From Tubiluchus corallicola (taxonomy: Eukaryota > Animalia > Priapulida): a stretch of DNA of 64,000 bases. The notes below the pieces were generated by a model that was given only the letters and a program-made list of their open reading frames with translations, searched no databases and was not told where the DNA came from. Positions 23,614-36,214 of the stretch are shown piece by piece (position 1 is the first letter of the stretch; every line of letters begins with the position of its first letter). The stretch is taken from positions 310,001 through 374,000 of the forward strand of contig JAQGDQ010000055.1 of the NCBI GenBank assembly GCA_030141605.1, read 5' to 3'. The translations under genes and the position numbers were made by a program.

Positions 23614-25719
23614 TAAATTATGCACATTAAACAGATGGGCGAACCGATGAAACGATCAAATGATAACTTCGAGTAAGTACGTGATTGGGATTAGATCATT
23701 GTTCAAAAACGTCACATTGATTACTATCCCTGGGGTGCACAAGCAGGTTTTCATTACCACTAAGTGCTCTGAGTGCTTCACTTACTACGCATTACAAATA
23801 TATGACGCAATCACAATGTAATAAAATAATCACGAACAAAATGGCCGCACGAGCTGGGTCTCATATATAACATACAGTAGACAGCAAAGTGTACTTCCTC
23901 TAATTCTGACTTATTCTTATAAAAAAAACTCAAATATTTATTGGGTTTATTTGGCTGAAATTTCAGTAAATTTGCTCACTAACTACTCCTAATTTTTGCT
24001 GTTTGAGCATTAGAATTGGTCCTATTTCGAACCTAGTGGATTTGGCATTGCAATTTGGTTCTACGTATGTAGACATGCCACAGCCTACATCAACTGTAGT
24101 CTTCCAAACTGCCTTCATTTTAGCAAATTTCTTTATAATTAGCATAAATAAGAACTTTATTATCAGTGTTCTCATTAAGATTGTGCTTACAACAAAATAT
24201 TTTCGATTTAACCCACGGCTTTTATTATTTATTTTTTACTTATTGTTTTTATTCTTTGTGCTTTTTTGTTTCTTTGATAACTCAGACTACGCACAGGGCA
24301 AGAGACACGAAACTCACAGGAAACACTCCTATAGCATTAGCATTTATGTTTATGTGCATCCCGTCACACCTGGGCCAAAGGTCACTGAGTGGACGGGGTT
24401 TCTTGTTTTTCCCGTTAGGCTAGATCTCCTCCTACAGTTTCTATTTATTACTTCTTTCATTGCAATTTGTCCAAGAAAGAGTTTGTCTAAGGCAACGAAG
24501 TGACTTTGTGTCAGAAAAGTGTCTCACGAAAATATCTGTTGGTGTTCTAAGAATTAACAACATACTTTATAGATGACTTCATTTGAATCCAGTATTCATA
24601 TGTTATAAAACACTGGCTTCAGATATGACGTCACCCGGCTGCAGACGATCTTACTTTAGTTTTTGCACCAAATCTAAAATTTTAACAGCACGTTGCTAGT
24701 TACTTAGTAATATTTGGTCATGTTTTATTCGATGTCTATGCAATGACCTACTGAAATTGTGTACACATTTTATTTTAGATATTCTGAGATGTGTTCGTCT
24801 TAGTGAGATCGATTACATAGTTCAGGTATAACAACAGCTTTAAGCGTGAGTGTAGGCGTGCCACGTTATAACAACGTTTTCAGAGATCAGGAATATCTAC
24901 TTTACCTTTAGTACAAAAATAGTTTCAGAAAATGGCCTTACCCGTAGATGGTAACTTAAAGTGTAGCAGTGGCTTCACAGATGCTTTCACATGAAGAGTG
25001 TAGCAAAGGTAATGCTTTTTTCAGATGGCTTTCATTGAAATTATTAAAAATTAAAAATTCATTTCAGAGATATATTTTCTTAAATTTGCATTTATGTCAA
25101 AAATGACAGACGGATCATAAACTGCTTAACAGAAATGCAAGCGAAGAATGAAACAGTTTTGCAGATGAAACTACACACATACTCAACGCTATTGTCACAG
25201 CTTTTTTTAAGACTCCCTTTTCTCTTATGGCTGAACACTCCTAATCAATTATTATATTAGTCAAGCACATGCTTCCTTCGATTATACTCCCCATTAAACG
25301 ACAAAACAGAATTATTATAAATCTGCCAAATTGGGGAACAAATGTAAATTTATTAGTGGCTGTCAGATGCGTAATTATGATTCATCAGCATCAGCAACAG
25401 CATCTCAAGAGCTCCTCCAGGAGACTGCGTGACGTTAGTGCTCGACACATGGCCTGATGACTTGACTATTATTGTTGCGGCTGAGATTAGTACATTTTGC
25501 ATTAATCTATTGTTATTGCAACACTAGGCGTATGTTCGTCTGTTATGCCGCCTATGTAGTCTATACCAGAACACGTGTTTAACGTCTTATACAACTGAAT
25601 ATAGTATGCAGTCGATTAAATTTTCTAAGAATTGTGAATCTTCACACATAATCTAAACTACTGTAATGTTGCCTTTTTCATATGTTTGCTAACTACCGTG
25701 AAATTAATTTGGAAAGACC

Positions 25720-26030
25720 AAGAAGAAAATGTATAAAGCTCGTTGGTAAGAATAATGAACATCCGATTCTTGACCATACTGTTCTGTGTAATGAAATGTC
25801 ACTGAAGATGTTACAGAAAATTATAGCAGATAACTTTCATCCTCTAAACGAAGAATTTAATTTCTCCCACACAAAAGTAAGATTAAATTTACCTTTTTCA
25901 AGAACAAATGGCTTTAAATTTTCATTTGTTCCCACTTCAATCAAAGCACCCAATAGTAGCAGAACCTCTAAACACCTTTTAATTTTTTCCTTTTTTAAGC
26001 TTTATTTCAATTGTACTATCTAGATTTATA
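25720..26030 (+). mobile_element. Rex1/Babar-like LINE 3' end
   Basis: KIIADNFHPLN...RTNGFKFSFVPTSIK resembles the Rex1/Babar C-terminus (I..D..HPL...RT.RFK.SF.P..I); second copy at 38065-38300. Confidence 0.65.
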
Positions 26031-26814
26031 TTGTTGCTGGATTGAGACTCCCCCTTTTTTGCGTTCAAACTTTCACTCACTCAATTACACAGATATGCGG
26101 TCTGTATGATATTTCAATGTCGCTTTAAAGTAAAACACCCTTGTAAATCAAAATGTAATAATCTGATCAGCATAAAATTCACAAATCCTACCTTCTGATT
26201 GGCTCAAATTTAAATACTTCCTATTTCACCTGCGCAAAGTCTAAAAATATAAGTGCCGCATTCTGTTTCCTTGAGCTCAGTTTTTGCTAGTGTTAGTTTG
26301 AGCACCGAACAGGACAAGCCTGCACCCGCCCTCCTAGGACGTCACCTAACTGCTTCGATCCGAATGTGAGGGTTTTTGGTAACCCCTCGAGGGTAGTTTA
26401 ATCATTATATTTAGTCAGCCACTCAAGATTCGTCATAAACTTTCATTGACTATAAAAATAACAGTTTGCTAATTTCAAGTTTTACTCATTTATTCATCAA
26501 CAATAGTCAGTGAAGCATTTTGGTAGGGCTTTATGCAGCTCTTTCGAAGCTGGTGAATGTGTCGCAGTCGTTTGGTTTACTAATCTCGTTTTAGGATGTG
26601 GTATTCGAACAGAGGCTTCTCACCCACCGATAGCTCTGGTTCCCAACCGTCCAAGGGTTATTACAACGACCCTGGCAGCGGGAACCCGGCGGCAGAACAA
26701 TATGTACAGTTTAATTTATTTTTACAGTTGCAAATTTGTTGCTCAAATTGCTTTTTACTAATCTGTGCAAAGCTGAAACGACAAACTCATTTGTAGTATA
26801 TACGACCAATAAAG

Positions 26815-27174
26815 GTCTATATCTATGTCTATGTCTATGTCTATGTCTATGTCTATGTCTATGTCTATGTCTATGTCTATGTCTATGTCTATGTCTATGT
26901 CTATGTCTATGTCTATGTCTATGTCTATGTCTATGTCTATGTCTATGTCTATGTCTATGTCTATGTCTATGTCTATGTCTATGTCTATGTCTATGTCTAT
27001 GTCTATGTCTATGTCTATGTCTATGTCTATGTCTATGTCTATGTCTATGTCTATGTCTATGTCTATGTCTATGTCTATGCCTATGCCTATGCCTATGCCT
27101 ATGCCTATGCCTATGCCTATGCCTATGCCTATGCCTATGCCTATGCATATGCATATGCATATGTATATGTATAT
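26815..27174. repeat. Hexamer array (GTCTAT)42(GCCTAT)11(GCATAT)3(GTATAT)2
   Basis: Units counted directly. Confidence 0.97.
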
Positions 27175-29058
27175 AACTAAAGCATTTGTTTGATCAACGT
27201 CTACATTAAATCAGAATTAGCATTGTTCAAAAGTTATTAAAAACTTTGGCTACTCTATATTACTTTATATTATATCAGTGTCTTATAACAGTAACAGACG
27301 CGTAGTGGTCATTATTGGATCTCCATTGGCGAATTCTCTATGCAGGTAGCTTAATTATTTCCTATATTTTCCATTGTACAGTATCTGTATACATGCCTGT
27401 AAATTGCAACGATAATTGTTACACCTGTCCACGTTGAAATCTGAATGGTGTGACTAAAATATTTTCAAAAAATGTAGCAAAGTGCAACTTCTTTTTTCCT
27501 TTATGAGAAGTGTATTTCTATTCAAAATGTTAGTGGTAACATTATCGGAAATTGCAGTCTTATAATTATAAGTCAGTTTTTCAACACAATGTCAAGAATA
27601 AAATTAGCAAGTATTTTTTCACAGTTATTTAATTTTTTCAGCAAAACATAGATCTTGGAACAGTGTTGCCAAAATTCGTTATCATTTTTTAGTTTATATC
27701 GTATTGTATTGTGTTTGTGTTGTACAAAAAATATTGTACCAGAGTTTCTCTCTGATTCATCTCTTTGTAGTACATTCTGTAATAATGATTACATTTTAAA
27801 TGAAATAGTAATATATGTGTGCAAAGTATGTTCGAAATGAAAATATGTTAATAATAATAAATACTGTGTAGTATCACATAAAAAATATTTACAATACACA
27901 GTATATGAAAATTAAAAGCTAAAATTATGGCACCCATTATAGTTTAAATTTGCGCTTGATAATTTTTAATCAGATTATTATTCGTTTATTAAACCAAATA
28001 AAATAAGGTAAAAAAGAGTTGGAAAACAGCTCATTTTGACGAATGAAGAATAAGCGCATTCTTGGAATCTTTGTAAAATTTATTAAAAAGTTCTTTTCAT
28101 ATTGATTATCGAATTTAAAAAATAATCAGGCTAAATCTACTGCTATAATTTATTTCTAAGTGGCATCAACTTTTAAAACATTACCAAGCAGTTTTTCTTC
28201 TTATAATGGTCATTTCATAGTTTATATTTATAGACGTTCTTTCAAGATCTGCTCGTTTGGACAATGACCACTGACCATTTGTTATTGTGTTCGGTTAACT
28301 GTCAAGTGCACAGTAGCCAGGGGTTAGCACATTTAATGAACGTTATTTATGTCTTCTAAATACTAATTTAAATACACCTGTTACTGTTTATCAGAAAAGG
28401 AAAATTTAGCTTGTAATTAGGAGTTCACATTTTTCAGAAACACGAGGATTTCATTTGAACTGAAATAATAGTTCTTTTTTTCATATATTAAGCTTTACTA
28501 TCAATTTATCATAAGCACCATGATACTAATTTTTCATTACAAAATTTTTTACGTTTTTTGACAGCTACCAACTTGTAGACACAGCTAGAAAATGTAAAAA
28601 AGTAATAACCTGGCTAAGTTTGATGTAGTAATTTTGAATAACAATTAGTATAGTCTGACGAACTTGGAGATTTTTATTGGATCAGAGTTGAAAATGTGCT
28701 GCATTAACCATGGGAGTGTGGGAATGTGCATATACATGTACTAGACATCTGTGATATTACTGTCTTTACATGTCTTTGTTGCAAGACCATTAACTCATGA
28801 TGGAATAAACACACAATTATTTAATTTTTATTGTTGAAAATGTCGATTCCGCTCCCTGGTTTTCGCATGTTATTCCTTTGTGCTGTAAAATATTTAATCA
28901 ATTCACTTATATCGAGCAAAAAAGTCATTAAAATATTTTAAATTGTATTAATTTTAATTTTTGAATTTATGCAGCAATTACAAGCGCAGTACAGAGATAC
29001 TGGGATAATGGATAAATAATTTACAGATAATAAGTAGTTGTTTAGGTTTACTTAATTT

Positions 29059-29088
29059 AACAACAACAACAACAGCAACAGCAACAGC

Positions 29089-29137
<49 letters not shown>

Positions 29138-29289
29138 GCAACAACAACAACGACGACGATGACGACAACAACAACAACAATGACAGCAAAAACAACAACA
29201 ACAAAAACAAAAACAACAACTACAACAACGACGACGACGATGACGACAACAACAACAACAACAGCAACAACAACAACAACAGCAACAAT

Positions 29290-29320
<31 letters not shown>

Positions 29321-29331
29321 GCAACAACAGC

Positions 29332-29380
<49 letters not shown>

Positions 29381-29399
29381 GCAGCAGCAACCACAACAA
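29059..29399. repeat. (CAA)n-based microsatellite
   Basis: Seen directly. Confidence 0.97.
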
Positions 29400-29919
29400 T
29401 CTTTTTTAAATCAGCCCCTATTGTTGTTTGACAAGCACTAAAATCACTTAAACATAGAGATGTACACAGTTTTAACGATTTGGGAGGGTATGTCATTGTT
29501 GCTAAATTGACTTAGTCGTGAAAGTGAGTGACCATTTGCTGGTTAGTTAATCACCTCTTGGTCATTATCTCCCCCTCCGTCCCGCTTAGACAGCATTGGT
29601 CAGCGTGGGAAATTGTCCAAAAGCGTTGACAACTGTTAAAAATGACATTAAAATGGCCGCTTTTGAGACAACACGTAAACTAATAAGGTTTTAATACAAG
29701 AATCGCTTAAAAGTCTTGCTGGGTAGGCGACATGTAGCTAATTTTCGCCAGTTTAGCAACACTTAACAATTAAACTTCTGAATAAGTGGGAAATTTTATA
29801 TTAGTCTTCCAATTAAGAATACATACGAACAAACTATAAGAAAGTGTTTTTAAAAGTTGTTTTTGTCCATATTTCAAAGCGATTTTTTTTTTGCTACAGA
29901 AGGTGCCTGGCCAGATGGT

Positions 29920-30130
29920 CTCTGAGAGGAAAGGAAAGCGGAAATTGGAGAGAGGGCAGAGAAAGAGAAAACGAGAAAACGGGAACGAAAAGGCGAGAAT
30001 GAGAGATAGAAAGAAAGACAGACAGACAGAGAAAGAGAAAGCGAGAACGAGGAGAGAGACAGACAGAGGGCGAAAGTGAGAGTTGGAATGCGGAATAAAC
30101 ATAGAAAAGAGTCAAAATAGAGAAGAAAAC
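29920..30130. repeat. Purine-rich GA low-complexity tract
   Basis: Seen directly. Confidence 0.8.
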
Positions 30131-30899
30131 TCAGAAAAGATGTAGCAAAGATTTCTTGTTACCTTGTTTCTGTTATGTTTGTGCGTCTTATACGAAATAT
30201 AAGAAAATAAATTACATTATACTAAATCGAGTTAGCCTTAGCAACACTGATTTAGGAACCGTTTAAAATTAGTAGAAATAAAAAGGAAAGTAAACTTGGA
30301 ATCGAACCTACCTTTTTGTTTTATTCTGCTTAACTCGTAAGATGGTATTAGATTGTAGTATGTTTAAATACGTAAGAGTTTATCGTTCGAAAATTACAAT
30401 GTGATACGAAATAAGAGGAAATCCGTTGCAACCGGGCGTGAGTCGTACGAGTTAAACAGAGTTGGCTATAGGCATCGAGTAAACATTCGAATTACAAAAT
30501 ATTAAGAATGAAATTTTAAAATTTGGGGCCTCGTTAAACACGTGTGCTTTTGCACACAATTTAAGCTATGGTTTGCCAGATACTCAGAAACTAATTAGAT
30601 TTTAATTGACTTTAACACGTTATACACGTGTTTATCTCACTTGTAAAGAAACATTGTTTACTCAGTAAAATCAACCATGCACAAATATAACACAGTAATT
30701 ATATTCAGCTTTCTCTCCACGCTTTCTGCCATTTTTGATTCAGTAGCTTAATCGAATTTGACAGCTTTCATTATTCTGGTAAAATTGGATATAGTTACTG
30801 CAGCTGAGAGTCAAAGTGGACTTATAGAAAGATAATATACGCAGATGGGATGAACAAGCGCCTGATTCAGAATTATAGTAGACGCCATTCACCTTCGTC

Positions 30900-31396
<497 letters not shown>

Positions 31397-33353
31397 GCAC
31401 TCTAGGTCTCCTCGACTTTGTACAAACGAGAATGGCAATCGCCGCCTCACTGAAGTTGCCGTCTAACGTTGCAGATAATTTTACGAATTGGACCATTAAG
31501 AAAGTTTTTTCCACAAACTTTTAGCAGCTGCTGGTACAATATATTATAAAATCTAGAAGTATCCTAACTCTGGATAGGTCATGTTTCTCTTAATGCGTGT
31601 AAACAACAAGGCAATAGTTATTCGATGTGGTAGTAACCGCTTTGTGGGTTTTGGTAATGGAAATTGTGCCTGTTGAAGTGCACGATTCGAAGCCTCGTGA
31701 TTAAGACACTGTCACACCATGTCGCAGTGCTGTTATTATAGTACGGCTGCACGAATCTCTTCCCACAATAGTACAAAAATGTGCATTCAGATTAGTATTT
31801 CGTGATGTGGCATTTTCGTAATTTAGTAAGTACAACCTGACTACGAAATTTCTTCGTTTTCATGAATGTTGCTAATATGATTTTAATTTCCGTTTACCGT
31901 GCATTGAATTTCGGTTTTAATAACTAGGCTATTGTGTTAGATTTCTGTTATTAACTATTTTAACCACATTATGTTTTAACCATTAAACTGAGCGGAAGTG
32001 GTGCTGACAAGCCGCTGGGATAGCAGTGTCTAGTTTTTTGGTGGATTACTGCTGTGCTTACCTCTCTTGAGGGCACTTTTCTTTTGTTTTAGAATTCTGC
32101 CTACCGAACGTCTATAATAGGCGTAATGGACATAATATGATGATGATGATGACGATTATGGCGAATTGCGTTACGTGCAAAATAAAATTAACGTTAAATC
32201 TCAAAAACCGTGTTAGCTCCCCCCCCCTCACGTCGTTTATTCTGAATCAGTCTTTAGGAGATTTAGTTCATTCCCGAGTACATATGACAAATTCCTTTGG
32301 TCATTGCGAATATTTTGTTATTATAATATTTTGGCAAATAATACAGTCGACAGCAATTTGAAGATAGGCATTCAGGGCTACTTTCATTTTCCTAGGATGA
32401 CCCACTTGTCCTAGGTCATAAGAGAAAAGGTTTTTTCCACCCATTATCTTTAGAGCAAACATTGATTTTCGTTTACATAATCTCTGCAACTACAGTGGAT
32501 AGTTCATGCATGTTGACTACACAAACACAATGCACATTATGGTGGTCAAACAAGAGAAAAAAATCGTATCTTTTCTTTGCAAAAGGCATTAAAGCCATGT
32601 TCTAATACTTTCTTATTTTTTGCACAGAAGAAAAGCTTAGCTGTTCGTTGTAATGCCACGATTTCAGCTTAGAGACAACTTTTAAACTTTTTTGTTTTTT
32701 AGTTTGTCCAGGCTGTGATAATAGCGAGGTAATTTGAGATCTTAAAGAAACTAATATTTTCCTAGTTATAGAATAACTTTTAATGCAAGAAAAAGTGTAT
32801 TCAAAGATTTTAAATGCCTACTGCCAATTCGTATTTTTCTACTGATTCTTCGTTTACAATTTATCAAACATCTATCAAATTGATTTACAGACCTATAAAG
32901 ATGAGATCGAATCTCTCCTCTTGGTAATTAAGTAACATTTAAAGTATTAATGTTTTCACTTTTTTTGTAAATTTTACCACCTGCAAAAGAATGCCGCCGG
33001 CTCCAGCGAAAAAGACTAAACAATTTTACGAGTTTAACAGTTACAAAAATCAATTTGATGTTGCACGAATGTAGCTTTAATGCGTCCAGAATGTCAGGGG
33101 CGTTGCGCGCAATTGTTAATACTCGACGCTCATTGGGCAACAAGGCTGATTTAATATTCGCTCTGCCAAGCAGGCGTGTTCTGCACGATTTGTCAGAAAT
33201 TCAAGAGAGGGGAGACAGAGATAAGTCACACTCAGCCAACCCGTAATGCTACAATCATCGTGCAAAAGTGAGGGTCTAACGGTGTAGAAACAGGTCCAGC
33301 AGTAAACACCATCATCATCCAGTGCTAGCCAGCTCTTGAGTGGAGCGGTCAGT

Positions 33354-34433
33354 ATGCTGGCTCAGCATCCCAAGATAATGTATCAGTTGAACAAGTACTA
33401 CCAGGAAAAGGTGCAGGCAAGAAAAGCAAGCATTTCTAAATCATTGCACGAGATATGTAAGGTTGTACAGGATGTTTTAAAAGAAGTTGAAGCTCAAGAA
33501 CCGAGATTTATCAGTTCTTTGGTGGAGGCTAACAACAGGTATGACGGCCTGGAGGTCTTGTCTCCTACGGAATTTGAAGTGGTGCTGTATCTTAATCAAA
33601 TGGGGGTGTTTAACTTTGTCGACGACGGCACGTTGCCCGGCTGTGCAGTGCTGAAGTTAAGTGATGGTCGCAAGCGTTCAATGTCACTCTGGGTGGAATT
33701 CATCACCGCGTCCGGGTACCTCTCAGCCCGGAAGATCCGATCTCGGTTTCAAACGCTTGTGGCCCAAGCCGTGGACAAGTGTTCATACCGGGATATAGTG
33801 AAAATGGTCGCTGACACCAGCGATGTAAAGCTTCGTATTAGAGAACGTTACGTGGTACAGATTACTCCCGCATTTAAGTGCGCTGGAATCTGGCCCCGCA
33901 GTGCTAGCCAATGGCCAGCGCCCCACACCGCCTGGCCGAATCCAAACCTCGTGGCCGAAGTGAAAGCCGAAGGGTTCAATCTCTTGTCTAAAGAACTTCC
34001 ACATGTTCACGCCAAGCAGTCTTCTGCTGAAGGAGATGCCTGGGTCATATCCTTCGATGAAGCAGAAAACATGCTCCTCTATGGCGGCTGTCGGAAGAGA
34101 TGCCTCAGCATCCTCAAAGCGATGCGTGACAGACATCTAGATCTCACGGGGCAACCCATCACGAACTACCACATGAAAACTCTGTTACTTTACGAATGTG
34201 AAAAACATCCCCGGGAAAGTGACTGGGATGAAACTGCTCTAGGATACAGGATAAATGGGATCTTTCTGCAGCTCATCTCCTGCTTACAGTGTCGGAGGTG
34301 TCCGCACTACTTTCTTCCAGCAATGGACCTCTTCAAGGGCAGAAGTCCAGCTGGACTCGAGACGGCCGCTAAGCAAACGTGGAGATTGACAAGAGAACTT
34401 TTAACTAATTCCAGAAGTTTAGAGAAACTATGA
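33354..34433 (+). CDS. mab-21: Mab-21 family developmental protein (MAB21L1/L2-type), single exon, 359 aa
   Basis: ATG at 33354 to TGA. Very close to the vertebrate MAB21L sequence (QEPRFISSL, EFEVVLYLNQMGVFNFVDDG, LSDGRKRSMSLWVEFITASGYLSARKIRSRF, CPHYFLP, SLEKL), with the same 359-aa length and E49/R51 at the same positions. Confidence 0.98.
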   Translation: MLAQHPKIMYQLNKYYQEKVQARKASISKSLHEICKVVQDVLKEVEAQEPRFISSLVEANNRYDGLEVLSPTEFEVVLYLNQMGVFNFVDDGTLPGCAVLKLSDGRKRSMSLWVEFITASGYLSARKIRSRFQTLVAQAVDKCSYRDIVKMVADTSDVKLRIRERYVVQITPAFKCAGIWPRSASQWPAPHTAWPNPNLVAEVKAEGFNLLSKELPHVHAKQSSAEGDAWVISFDEAENMLLYGGCRKRCLSILKAMRDRHLDLTGQPITNYHMKTLLLYECEKHPRESDWDETALGYRINGIFLQLISCLQCRRCPHYFLPAMDLFKGRSPAGLETAAKQTWRLTRELLTNSRSLEKL

Positions 34434-35618
34434 ACGTTGAATGTCGCTGTTGTTTGGTCATGACAATGTTTTGTCTTCATACATTATTTAAGTGTTGATG
34501 ATTGTGCAACAAATTCACTTTTATTCTTCTCGCTCAAGAGTGTTCAATTATTGATTACCAATCTCTAGTGAAGTATCTAGAATCGTGTAAATTGTGTTAT
34601 AAATTTACTATCAAAAATTTCTGTAAGTATTAACAATTTATATATTCTTATTTATTATTTCATTGTTATTTTAATTCGTGAAAAGTAAGAAATTTGATTT
34701 CATGGACGTAGGAAAAATTAATGTAGTATGCATAGAAAATTTTAAAATCTAAGACGCATTTTGCAAAATATTTTTGGTTTTTCTACTTTACCTTTGTGTC
34801 TGAAATTCGGGAGTCAGAATACATACTGTTATTTATTTTGGATTAGTTTTACATTGAGATATGAGTAGAAAGACTTTGCAGTGGTCCTAGGTATATTTGT
34901 AAATATTTCGCACGAGTAAATCAAAAACTCTATAAACCCGACTGTGATTTCAAGTAAAAATACAATTGTATGTCTACTGTCCAATCTGTTTTTCTTCGTA
35001 GATCTCCGATTTTCTTGATTTATAGATTTTTTGCTCGTTTGGCATCTATTAGTTGCCTTTTAATTTGGCGCGTAATTAAATTATTGGTTTTAAAATTAAA
35101 AACTCAACTTGGACTTCAATGCATTTATTGTTTTTTAGTAATAAAAAACGTCAAGATTTCACAAAGAACCACCAACAAAATAATCTTGTTCAAAATTAGT
35201 TCATAAACTGAAATCATTTGCAACTTAACAAAGTAAAAGAAATTAGTTTCACGAAGCGACAAACTATCATTAACTTTTCTGATACATGTCAGGAAGATTT
35301 GGTTTAAAGTTCAAACTTGAATGATTTCTGGATGTTTGTTGTTTAAAACCTGTTTCACACACTTTACCAATCTGCCTTTAATCTGGCACAGGGACGCTAC
35401 ACACAAACATGTCCTAAAATACAGGTAAATTAACCTAGGCTCGGGTTGTTTTTGAAAATACCTCTTGTACATACACTGTGCATAACCCAGACCATTTATG
35501 CTGATTTTATTTGCCGTGAAAAAGCAGCAAAGGACAATTAAAAGTGATTAGAAATGATTTTTGTTCTTGCCCTACTTTATATGCAAACTGTCTTCTACTG
35601 CGGGGTTTAATTATTTAA

Positions 35619-36214
35619 AGCAAAACCGGACCCAATCTTAGACTGTACGTCAAAACAATCTACTATTTAAAATATTGAAAGGAAACATACTATTTTTTCA
35701 AAAATGACTTACGTGAAACAATTATTACCACACAAACACGATTTCACATTTGTGCTACTAGTTCATCGCTGTTACGTGTATTTCGCCATTCGCTAGTTAG
35801 ACGGGCACTAGTGCCTGCATTTCGGAAGGAGTTGTACTAAAAACAGGTGCTGTACCTCTCGGTTCAGATGTGTTAGTTTCTGACGAACTGCACACGTTCG
35901 ACAGCTCATTTGATATTTGAATTTTTATCGTAATGCTTGCCTAGTTTTAGTACAACGCACTGAATATCTTCAGTGGCCCTGTACTTCAATTTTCGCTTTC
36001 GCAAAGACGTACAACACGCTCGTGGAATATTTTTGCTGTTGAAAATTGTTCGTTTGTGATGTGATCAATAGTTGGGCACGCTCATCGTTATTAAATTTTT
36101 AATCTATTATTTAATTATCAGAAATGCTTGCAGCAGTATTAATCGTGTTAAAATGTATACTTTTTATCAGATTTGAAAATGGGGTAGTGTATGAAAAAAT
36201 CATCCTGTCTTCCT
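35619..36214 (+). mobile_element. Apparently full-length MITE family A (~600 bp), Kolobok-like
   Basis: TTAA on both sides (35615-35618, 36215-36218); imperfect TIRs AGCAAAACCGG and AGGAAGACAGG (reverse complement); four copies in the window. Confidence 0.7.

Noticed and set aside
26711-27193. Poly-HR, poly-CL and poly-MS ORFs
   Set aside because: Translations of the hexamer microsatellite.
33336-33353. N-terminal extension of mab-21 from the TTG start in the ORF track
   Set aside because: This is a eukaryotic gene; the ATG at 33354 gives the canonical 359-aa length.
33354-34433. mab-21 as a cGAS-like immune receptor or CBASS-type system
   Set aside because: It shares the fold but is the highly conserved developmental MAB21L1/2 type; no STING or effector genes lie nearby.
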